Below, piece by piece: positions 9,014-17,144 of a DNA stretch of 64,000 nucleotides. The stretch covers positions 4,425 through 68,424 of the forward strand of contig CAYMIL010000003.1 of NCBI GenBank assembly GCA_964390845.1, given 5' to 3'. The notes beneath the pieces are model-generated. The model made no database searches. It saw only the letters and a program-made list of their open reading frames with translations, and was not told where the DNA came from. The translations under genes were made by a program, and so were the position numbers. How positions within the stretch are numbered: position 1 is the stretch's first letter; every line of letters begins with the position of its first letter. Source of the DNA: an uncultured Candidatus Saccharibacteria bacterium (GTDB taxonomy: Bacteria; Patescibacteriota; Minisyncoccia; Phycocordibacterales; CALRHW01).

Positions 9014-10435
9014 ATGGATACGTTTTATGTCACAACCCCGATTTACTACGTCAACGACAAGCCCCACATTGGCCATGCGTATACCACGCTGATTGCCGAT
9101 GTCTATGCGCGCTTTTATCGTGAGCGTCTTGGTGCCGAAAATGTCTTTTTCCTTACGGGTACAGACGAGCACGGTGCGAAAGTTGCACAGTCTGCTGAAA
9201 AAAATGGCATCGCTCCTCAGGAATTTACCGATAAAGTCTCTGCGGAATACAAAGCAGTGTGGAAGATGCTTGGTATTAGTTATGACGAATTTTTCCGAAC
9301 AACAGATCCTCGGCACAAAGAAACGGTGCAGGCATTTTTACAGAACCTCTATGACAAAGGCTATATCTACAAAGCGGCATACAAGGGCACATATTGTATC
9401 GGATGTGAGAAGTTTCTTTCGTTTGAAGAGATTGTAAATGGTGCGTGCGCGCTTCATCCCAACCTCAAACTTGTTGAGCAAGAAGAAGAAAATTATTTTT
9501 TCAAAATGAAGGAGATGTCTGCGCGCGTACTGGAAAAGCTTGAGGCTGGCGCGTATTCTGTTTTTCCAGAAGAGCGAAAGAATGAAATTATTGGGAAAAT
9601 GAAGCAGGGCATCGAGGATATTTCTATTTCTCGTGTTGGCGTGACATGGGGCGTGCCGGTGCCGTGGGACCCAGCGCACACGGTGTATGTGTGGGTTGAT
9701 GCGCTTATCAACTACTATTCCGCAACTCGAATTTATCCGGGACGTGAAGGTTTTTGGCCACCAACATTGCATCTTATGGCAAAAGATATTTTGTGGTTCC
9801 ATGCACTTGTCTGGGAGGGTCTACTTCTCGCACACGATCTTGAATTGCCAAAAACAGTCTTTGCGCACGGTTTCTTTACTATCGACGGGCAAAAGATGTC
9901 GAAATCTTTGGGCAATGTTATCAATCCTGTTGATATCGTGACAGAATATGGTGTCGACGGCGCGCGATATTTGCTTGCGAGCGCGTTTCAATTTGGAAGT
10001 GATGGTGATATTTCACTCGCGCGATTCAAAGAAAAATTTAATAGTGATTTGGCAAACGGTATTGGTAATCTCGTATCGCGTATTGCCAAGCTCGCGGAAA
10101 AATTGGAAGTAAATCCGGCAGACATAGAGCGTGCACGGTTGCTTGCAACACAAGACGAGACAATACTGCGTCATTTTGAGTCGCATCGACCAGATGAAGC
10201 GCTTCGGTATGTGTGGTCAAAGATAGCGGTCCTTGACGCGCGCATGGCGACAGATAAGCCGTGGGAGATTGCAGATACGGGCACACTTTCACAGACACTC
10301 ACAAGTTATATTGAATCGTTGATTACCATTGGCACACTCTTGCGACCGTTCTTACCTGAGACATCAGAAAAGATTCTCAGTATCTTTACTGCACAAAAAA
10401 TCACAAAACCTGAGCCATTGTTTTTGAGAAAATAG
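9014..10435 (+). CDS. metG: Methionyl-tRNA synthetase (short form)
   Basis: HIGH, TGTDEHG, YVWVDAL and KMSKS motifs; TATAAT-7nt-ATG 9014. Confidence 0.97.
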   Translation: MDTFYVTTPIYYVNDKPHIGHAYTTLIADVYARFYRERLGAENVFFLTGTDEHGAKVAQSAEKNGIAPQEFTDKVSAEYKAVWKMLGISYDEFFRTTDPRHKETVQAFLQNLYDKGYIYKAAYKGTYCIGCEKFLSFEEIVNGACALHPNLKLVEQEEENYFFKMKEMSARVLEKLEAGAYSVFPEERKNEIIGKMKQGIEDISISRVGVTWGVPVPWDPAHTVYVWVDALINYYSATRIYPGREGFWPPTLHLMAKDILWFHALVWEGLLLAHDLELPKTVFAHGFFTIDGQKMSKSLGNVINPVDIVTEYGVDGARYLLASAFQFGSDGDISLARFKEKFNSDLANGIGNLVSRIAKLAEKLEVNPADIERARLLATQDETILRHFESHRPDEALRYVWSKIAVLDARMATDKPWEIADTGTLSQTLTSYIESLITIGTLLRPFLPETSEKILSIFTAQKITKPEPLFLRK

Positions 10436-10451
10436 CTGTGGTATACTTGGG

Positions 10452-10630
10452 GCGAACCAATGAACCGGCTGACACCGGTGAGGTGAAGAAAGAACGCCCC
10501 ACGGGCAAGTAGACTCTTCCGGCCCTGCTCCGACAAGCAGATAATCGAGCAAAAAACAGGGTGGCACCGCGATAAAATCGCCCCTGCGAATTTATTAACA
10601 CTAATGAATTCGGAGGGGTGTTTTTATTTC
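10452..10630 (+). promoter_or_regulatory. T-box riboswitch (Asp specifier GAC, ultrashort Stem I, transcriptional terminator)
   Basis: T-box sequence AAACAGGGTGGCACCGCG at 10554-10571, antiterminator partner CGCCCCTG, overlapping terminator ending TTTTTATTT; GAC in the hairpin loop at 10471-10473. Confidence 0.88.
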
Positions 10631-10646
10631 TCCGAACACATGTGCC

Positions 10647-12041
10647 ATGGAACGAACATATATAAAAGATTTGCAGAATAACAAGGGAAGTGAGGTCCGC
10701 ATTTCTTGTTGGGTTGAAGTGCGTCGAGATCAGGGGAAAATGGTCTTTTTTGATTTTCGTGATATGACCGGCAAAGTGCAGGGTGTGGTGCTTCCGGGCA
10801 ACACCACCGCTCTTGAAGCGTCGCGCGAGATTCGTGCAGAATGGGTGCTTGATATTACTGCAAAAGTAAACGAACGGCCAGAGAAAAATAAGCAGGCAGA
10901 CAAGCAAAACGGTGACATTGAGCTTGAGGTGCTTGGTATTGCAGTGCTCAACAAGGCAGACACACCTGTGTTTGATGTTTCGACAGACACACGCGTCGTC
11001 GGAGAAGACACACGCCTTGAGTATCGCTACCTCGATTTGCGCAGTGATCGTATGCAGAAAAACATTCGCAACAGACATCGCGTTATCAAGGGTATTCGCG
11101 ACTACTTAGACGCGGAAGGATTTATTGAAGTTGAAACACCTATTTTGACGAAATCAACGCCGGAGGGTGCGCGTGATTATGTGGTGCCATCTCGCATTGA
11201 TCAGGGTAAGTTTTACGCTCTTCCGCAGTCGCCACAACAGTACAAGCAACTTCTCATGACATCTGGTGTTGAAAAATATTTTCAGATTGCCCGATGTATG
11301 CGCGATGAAGACACACGCGGCGACCGTCAGCCAGAATTTACTCAGCTCGATATCGAAATGAGCTTTGTGAAAGAAGAAGATATTTTGCAACTCATCGAGG
11401 GAATGCTTATCAAGCTTGTGCAGACGCAGTATCCTGAAAAAAGGATTCAGGCGATTCCGTTTCCACGTATCACCTACAAAGAAGCGATGGAAACGTATGG
11501 TAGTGACCGACCAGACATCCGCGAAAACAAAGAAGATCCAAACCTACTTGCATTCTGCTGGGTCGTGGATTTTCCATTCTTTGAGAAAACCCCAGAAGGT
11601 GGTTGGACATTTACGCACAATCCATTTTCTGCTGCAAAGCCAGAACACCACGAGCGTCTCATGAAGGGTGAATCAATCGGGGATATTGTCGCGGCTCAGT
11701 ACGATATCTGCCTCAATGGTTATGAGATCGGTGGTGGTTCGATTCGCAACCATGATCCTGAAGCGCTCATCAAAGTGTTCGAGATTATGGGATATCCGCG
11801 CGAAAAGGTTGAGCAAAATTTCGGCCACATGCTTCATGCGTTTCGCTCTGGCACACCACCGCATGGCGGTATTGCATGGGGTCTTGATCGTCTGATGATG
11901 CTTTTGCAAAACGAAGCATCAATCCGTGAAGTGATTGCGTTTCCAAAAACAGGAGAAGGTCGCGACCTCATGATGAAATCTCCGTCCGATATTTCACTCG
12001 AGCAGTTGCGGGAGCTTGGTCTTTCGGTAAAAAAGCAATAA
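10647..12041 (+). CDS. aspS: Aspartyl-tRNA synthetase lacking the GAD insertion domain
   Basis: RLEYRYLDLR, TPEGARDY, LPQSPQQYKQLLM, RQPEFTQLD, PPHGGIAWGLDR; only 464 aa. Confidence 0.97.
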   Translation: MERTYIKDLQNNKGSEVRISCWVEVRRDQGKMVFFDFRDMTGKVQGVVLPGNTTALEASREIRAEWVLDITAKVNERPEKNKQADKQNGDIELEVLGIAVLNKADTPVFDVSTDTRVVGEDTRLEYRYLDLRSDRMQKNIRNRHRVIKGIRDYLDAEGFIEVETPILTKSTPEGARDYVVPSRIDQGKFYALPQSPQQYKQLLMTSGVEKYFQIARCMRDEDTRGDRQPEFTQLDIEMSFVKEEDILQLIEGMLIKLVQTQYPEKRIQAIPFPRITYKEAMETYGSDRPDIRENKEDPNLLAFCWVVDFPFFEKTPEGGWTFTHNPFSAAKPEHHERLMKGESIGDIVAAQYDICLNGYEIGGGSIRNHDPEALIKVFEIMGYPREKVEQNFGHMLHAFRSGTPPHGGIAWGLDRLMMLLQNEASIREVIAFPKTGEGRDLMMKSPSDISLEQLRELGLSVKKQ

Positions 12042-12069
12042 TATTAGTACATCTATAACATATAGAACT

Positions 12070-12504
12070 ATGCAAAAAATTCACGCGCTTATTCATCGGT
12101 TACACAATCCAGACTTCGGAATCTTGCTTGTGCGCATTGTGCTTGGACTCGCGTTCATGCATGCGGGTTGGTTTAAGATTACTCATGTAGATATGATTGT
12201 TGGTGGGTTTGCAATGATGGGAATTCCTGCGGTACTCGCATATTTTGTAACCTATGCAGAGTTTGTCTGCGGATTGCTCATGATTATTGGAATTTTTGTG
12301 CGTTATGCGGGCATTGTTCTTGCGTCAATTATGGTCGTTGCTATCGCAAAGGTTCATTTCCCAAATGGATACGGCATGATGAACGGTGTGCTTGAAGGCA
12401 AGGGGGGTGGCTATGAATATGTCCTCGCGCTTTTGTTGCTCTCTGTTGCCATGGTTACGTTTGGTGCGGGCGCATACTCACTTGCGCGGGTGTTGAAAAA
12501 ATAG
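12070..12504 (+). CDS. DoxX family membrane protein
   Basis: LLVRIVLG..FMHAGWFK, GGGYEY and GAGAYSL motifs. Confidence 0.9.
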   Translation: MQKIHALIHRLHNPDFGILLVRIVLGLAFMHAGWFKITHVDMIVGGFAMMGIPAVLAYFVTYAEFVCGLLMIIGIFVRYAGIVLASIMVVAIAKVHFPNGYGMMNGVLEGKGGGYEYVLALLLLSVAMVTFGAGAYSLARVLKK

Positions 12505-12539
12505 CACACAGCCTCTGTTTGGTTTGCTATACTATATGT

Positions 12540-13736
12540 ATGAAGAAATATAGTTTTATCATCATTATTATTGCCACTGTGCTATGGTATGGTTTTGGTG
12601 CGCTTTCGGTACATGCGGCGCAGTGTACATTTGATAGAAATCTTGATGTAGGTGACGAGGGAGAGGATGTTCGCTGTTTGCAAAAGTTTTTGAATTCTGC
12701 TGGCTTCGTGATTACGACAACAGGAGGTGGAGCGCCAGGTAATGAAACAACCAAGTTTGGTGAGCTTACACGTCAGGCGCTTGCAAAATGGCAGAGTGCG
12801 CAGGGCCTTACTCCACCAATAGGCTATTTCGGCACGCTTTCTCGTCAAAAATATGGCGCGCTGTCGGGTTCGTCGAGCACATCAGGCTCTTCCGGTTCCG
12901 GAGATCTCACATATCTTCAAGAGCGATTGGCGCAATTGCGAGAGCAACTCAATAATGCCCAATCATCATCACAGCAGGTTGTTGTAAATGCGACAGAGAG
13001 TAGTGCGCGCGCCGCTATAGAAAAAGCTGTCGATGGAATTATCGACGCAGAGAAAAAGGTTGATGATGGCAACGAGGACGATGACGACATTATGGCCGCT
13101 CACGACAACCTTGATGATGCGCGCGAATCCTTTGTACGCGCAATACGCTCATATTTCCGTGGCGACTATAATGGTGCAGTGCAATATGCACAGAAAGCGG
13201 TGGACGATGCACTCGATGCATATTCTGACGCTGGTGGAAAAACTGATGAAGATAAGGCAGATGCCCTCATAGATAAAGTGCAGGAAAAGATTGACGATGC
13301 TCACGATACAATTGATGCCGCAGATGATGACGGCGAGGATATTGATGAAGCAGAAGATATTTTGTCTGAAGCAGAGGACAAGCTTGATGAGGCTGATGAT
13401 GCCTTTGACGATGCCGACTACGAGCGGTCAATAGAGCTTGCTGAGGAAGCAGAAGACCTTGTGCGAGATGCTATCGATGCTATTGGAAACTCAGACAAGA
13501 GTGACGCACAAGAGGAAATAGATGATGCTCAGGAGATGATTGATGATGCCGAAGAGGAGATTCAGGACGCCGAAGACGATGGTGATGATGTCGATGATGC
13601 GTGGGACCTGCTTGATGATGCAAAAAAGTATCTTGATGATGCTCAGGATGAGTATGACGACAAAAATTACAGCGCCGCAAAGAACCTTGCTAAAAAAGCT
13701 CAAAACAAGGTCGACGACGCTCTCGACGAGATTTAA
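12540..13736 (+). CDS. Exported peptidoglycan-binding protein with acidic helical repeats
   Basis: Signal peptide; FDRNLDVGDEGEDVRCLQKFLN...FGELTRQALAKWQ PG_binding_1 pattern; D/E-rich C-terminus. Confidence 0.85.
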   Translation: MKKYSFIIIIIATVLWYGFGALSVHAAQCTFDRNLDVGDEGEDVRCLQKFLNSAGFVITTTGGGAPGNETTKFGELTRQALAKWQSAQGLTPPIGYFGTLSRQKYGALSGSSSTSGSSGSGDLTYLQERLAQLREQLNNAQSSSQQVVVNATESSARAAIEKAVDGIIDAEKKVDDGNEDDDDIMAAHDNLDDARESFVRAIRSYFRGDYNGAVQYAQKAVDDALDAYSDAGGKTDEDKADALIDKVQEKIDDAHDTIDAADDDGEDIDEAEDILSEAEDKLDEADDAFDDADYERSIELAEEAEDLVRDAIDAIGNSDKSDAQEEIDDAQEMIDDAEEEIQDAEDDGDDVDDAWDLLDDAKKYLDDAQDEYDDKNYSAAKNLAKKAQNKVDDALDEI

Positions 13737-13742
13737 TCAGCC

Positions 13743-14324
13743 GTGAAAAACATACTCCTCATACTGTGCTGTGTGGTGATACTCGCGTTTGGTATACATG
13801 CAGTTGTGTTTTATGTGAGTGAAAAGAATGTGGTTGCGTCGATACAAACGTTTGAGGAGTGTGAAAAAAACGGTTACCCTGTTGCAGAGTCTCTTCCGCG
13901 CCAGTGTCGAACGCCAGATGACAGGGTGTTTGTGGAAGATGTGCAGCGCGCGCATCCTGTTGGCGATATTGCTGATATGATTCGGGTGGACATGCCACAT
14001 GCGCACGCGACCATTACAAGTCCGCTTACAGTGACAGGTGTGGCGCGTGGTCAGTGGTATTTTGAGGCATCATTTCCGGTAACATTGCTTGATGCGTCTG
14101 GAAATGAACTCGCTACTGTTCCCGCGCAGGCACAGGGTGAATGGATGACCGAAGATTTTGTGCCTTTTGAAGCGGTGCTTGAATTTACCCCTCCTTCAGA
14201 TAAGATGGGTACACTCGTATTTAAAAAGGACAATCCTTCTGGCCTCCCAGAGTATGATCGAAGCTTTTCTATACCAGTATCCTTTACTACTCACACAACA
14301 GATGAAGAACATGAAGAAGAATGA
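13743..14324 (+). CDS. Gmad2 immunoglobulin-like domain protein
   Basis: N-terminal TM; FEEC...PRQC; SPLTVTGVARGQWYFEASFP; DNPSGL. Confidence 0.85.
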   Translation: MKNILLILCCVVILAFGIHAVVFYVSEKNVVASIQTFEECEKNGYPVAESLPRQCRTPDDRVFVEDVQRAHPVGDIADMIRVDMPHAHATITSPLTVTGVARGQWYFEASFPVTLLDASGNELATVPAQAQGEWMTEDFVPFEAVLEFTPPSDKMGTLVFKKDNPSGLPEYDRSFSIPVSFTTHTTDEEHEEE

Positions 14325-15066
14325 TACATCGTGGGGAGGTGTTGCCGACTGGTACGACAAACACCTCACAGACGACACAGATTCATATCACACACAAGTT
14401 ATCCTCCCACACCTTACACGCCTGATGGATATTTCACCTACACATCGTGTGCTTGACCTCGCGTGTGGAACAGGTTTTTTTACTCGTGCATGGCGCGAGC
14501 ATACAGAGCACGTTCTCGGTGCGGATATTTCCCCGGAGCTCATTTCAATCGCGCGAGAACACAGTAAAGATGTGCAATATATTGTGACCTCCTCACATGA
14601 GCTTTCAGCTATCGCGGATGCGTCATACGACCGCATCTCGTGTGTCTTGGCAATACAGAATATTGAAAAAGTAAAAGAAACATTTGCGGAGTGCGCGCGC
14701 ATCTTGGCGCCAGGTGGCTCGGTGTTTCTAGTGATGAATCATCCAGCATTTCGTATCCCACACATGTCTTCGTGGGGATGGGATGAGGAGGGGCGACAGT
14801 ACCGCCGTATTGATGCGTACACCTCAGAATCAAAAGCGTATATCGACGCGCATCCAGGAAAAAAGAAAAAACAGGAAACAATTTCGTTTCATCGACCGTT
14901 GCAATATTATGCAAAAGCATGCGCCGCTTCAGGGCTTGCTATTGCGCGCCTTGAAGAATGGAGTTCTCATAGAAAAAGCCAGAGTGGCCCTCGCCAAAAA
15001 GAAGAGGATCGTATGCGAAAAGAGATCCCACTCTTTATGTGTCTTGAGCTCAAGCGCCTCTCCTAG
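14311..15066 (+). CDS. Class I SAM-dependent methyltransferase
   Basis: VLDLACGTG motif I; LAPGG; start at 14302 or 14311. Confidence 0.9.
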   Translation: MKKNDTSWGGVADWYDKHLTDDTDSYHTQVILPHLTRLMDISPTHRVLDLACGTGFFTRAWREHTEHVLGADISPELISIAREHSKDVQYIVTSSHELSAIADASYDRISCVLAIQNIEKVKETFAECARILAPGGSVFLVMNHPAFRIPHMSSWGWDEEGRQYRRIDAYTSESKAYIDAHPGKKKKQETISFHRPLQYYAKACAASGLAIARLEEWSSHRKSQSGPRQKEEDRMRKEIPLFMCLELKRLS

Positions 15067-16245
15067 CTACTTTGTGTCTTTCAGAGAAAAACTCCACAGC
15101 GCTCCCGTGAGCGTGATGATACCGAGTATTGAAAACGTGTAGCTGTATGGGGCATGTGAGATTGTTGTGCAGTATGCCGCAAGACTCACCACTGCTGGGG
15201 TAATAATGTATGACAGCGGTCGTGTTGCTCGAAAGAGGCTAATGAAGCCAGCGTTTTTGTCGGTAACGTGTTTGAAAAAATACGACTCTGATGACACTTC
15301 AACAAAGCTTGCTCCAACGCGTGTCAAAAAGAGAAACAGCGCCCACAATACAAGGTCTGAACTACGGAGGGCGGGTATGCAGAATGTTGTTACGGACATG
15401 ATACAGAAACCGGTGATGAGTATTTCTTTCTCACCGATTTTTTTGTCCGCGAGCGCGCCTAGTGGAAGCTCAAAAAGCATAAAAGGGAGTAGCATAATGG
15501 TGAAGATGACACCGATATGAGACCATGAAAATCCTATGTGGTTGTGCAAATACAGTGGCATGTAGATGACCATCCATGCGTAAAAGAATTGGAGAACGCA
15601 CTGTCCAGCGAGCGCTCCGCGGATGTCTCGGTTGCTCCACGCATCTCGAAGTGTGCCACGGATGTCGATGGTGCGCACTCGGCTTCCCGTTGCACCTCGT
15701 AGATAGTGTCGTACAACAAAAAAGAGAGGGAAGAGAAAGAGGAGAGAAACGAGGTATACATTGCCGTAGTGTCCGCTTGCGAGAAGTATGCCGGTAAGAA
15801 GTGGCGATACGACGAGTGTGATATTTCCAAGTGTGAGATAAAGTCCGCGCGCTACGCCAGTGTGCTTTTCGTTTTTAAGTGATCCTTCGAGAAATACATC
15901 GAGGCCGAATGTCGCGAGAGGGATGATCGCTTGGTGTGTGATAAATGCCAAGGCGACTGTCATGGGCGTTGAGCCAACCGCAAGTCCCACAAGCGCCGAC
16001 GCCTCAAGCACCAGTGCCCACAGGGTATACTTGTGGTTTCCAATACGCGACAAAATACGTGGAGTACAAAAAAGCAGGATAGTAGTAATCACGGATCCTA
16101 CCATATACAGAAGTCCAAGTGTATCTGCTGAGAAAAAAGTGCCGAGGTACGAGGAGTTGACGTAAATGATCAGGAAAAAATGGAATGAAAGCAGAAGGTT
16201 TGAAAGGTAGATTGCGATAAGGCGATGTGATGGTGTGTGTGACAT
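15067..16245 (-). CDS. MFS transporter
   Basis: About 12 hydrophobic segments, LGALADKKIGEK motif; start re-assigned to ATG 16245. Confidence 0.88.
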   Translation of the reverse strand: MSHTPSHRLIAIYLSNLLLSFHFFLIIYVNSSYLGTFFSADTLGLLYMVGSVITTILLFCTPRILSRIGNHKYTLWALVLEASALVGLAVGSTPMTVALAFITHQAIIPLATFGLDVFLEGSLKNEKHTGVARGLYLTLGNITLVVSPLLTGILLASGHYGNVYLVSLLFLFPLFFVVRHYLRGATGSRVRTIDIRGTLRDAWSNRDIRGALAGQCVLQFFYAWMVIYMPLYLHNHIGFSWSHIGVIFTIMLLPFMLFELPLGALADKKIGEKEILITGFCIMSVTTFCIPALRSSDLVLWALFLFLTRVGASFVEVSSESYFFKHVTDKNAGFISLFRATRPLSYIITPAVVSLAAYCTTISHAPYSYTFSILGIITLTGALWSFSLKDTK

Positions 16246-16380
16246 GTACGCTCCTAAGTATACCTCGAGGAAGGAGCTCTTGACAGTGGAAAAATAAAGG
16301 CATATGGTAATGAGGAATCGCACCTTGGAATATTGCTCGACATGTTGTCGGCTCTTCGGTGCTCTGTCAAGGAGGTGTTT

Positions 16381-17055
16381 ATGCGTCGCATGTGCATGCT
16401 CCCGTTTCTGCTGATGATCGCTTGTGCGGTGACCTTGGTTGCCGCGGGCGACAAGAACACCGGCGACACGTCGTCGCCGAGCAAGTCGGAACACCGCGAC
16501 ATCTTCCGCGGGGGTCGTGTGACTCCCGACGAAATGGCAACCATCGCGCAGACCTTCTGCGCCGATGGCTACGCGGTGACGCAGTCCCGCGTGGTGGTTC
16601 CGAACGACGGTTCGGCGCTGTTCGTGGTTGGTGTCCTGACTACCAAGTCGGGGCGCCAGTACAACTTCGGCGACATCTTGCCTCCGGGCGAGGTGATCGT
16701 GTCCGGCATGGCGTGGGTCATGCCGCGTGGTCCTGATGCGTTCATGGACTACGACGGGTACAACGGCGTTCTCGAAGTCGCCGCTGGCGAGATGGTGGTC
16801 GTCGGGGACGTCCTCGACACCAGCGCCGACGGAGGCACTCCGGCGTCCACGGGACCGCAGACCTGCACGGTGACGTGTGGTACGTCAGCGTACTACGCCT
16901 GCTGCAGTTACCGGCCCGATGGTTACCCCACCTGCCACTGCAAGAAGCAGACGGAGAACGCCTCCTGCGCTTCCGGTGGCCCTGGGGCGAGCCAGTGCTC
17001 GCTGTCGCAGTCGCCTCCCGGCTCGAGTCAGCCGGGCAACAAGCCGCAGAACTAG
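16381..17055 (+). CDS. Secreted protein with C-terminal 8-cysteine domain
   Basis: AAGGAGGTG SD before ATG 16381; signal-peptide-like N-terminus; C-x3-C-x7-CC-x9-CxC-x8-C-x9-C. Confidence 0.75.
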   Translation: MRRMCMLPFLLMIACAVTLVAAGDKNTGDTSSPSKSEHRDIFRGGRVTPDEMATIAQTFCADGYAVTQSRVVVPNDGSALFVVGVLTTKSGRQYNFGDILPPGEVIVSGMAWVMPRGPDAFMDYDGYNGVLEVAAGEMVVVGDVLDTSADGGTPASTGPQTCTVTCGTSAYYACCSYRPDGYPTCHCKKQTENASCASGGPGASQCSLSQSPPGSSQPGNKPQN

Positions 17056-17073
17056 CCCCTGCGGCACAACAAA

Positions 17074-17116
17074 ACCGGCCAGCACCCTTGAGGTGCTGGC
17101 CGGCTCTTTTTTATTT
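17074..17116 (+). terminator. Intrinsic terminator (possibly bidirectional)
   Basis: CCGGCCAGCACC/GGTGCTGGCCGG plus CTCTTTTTT. Confidence 0.8.
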
Positions 17117-17144
17117 ACTTTTTTCTACTTACACGCCCCACGAC

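Noticed and set aside
13200-13736. Repetitive GATGATGC-rich DNA as a CRISPR or tandem repeat
   Set aside because: It reflects Asp/Ala-rich coding sequence; there is no constant repeat-spacer periodicity.
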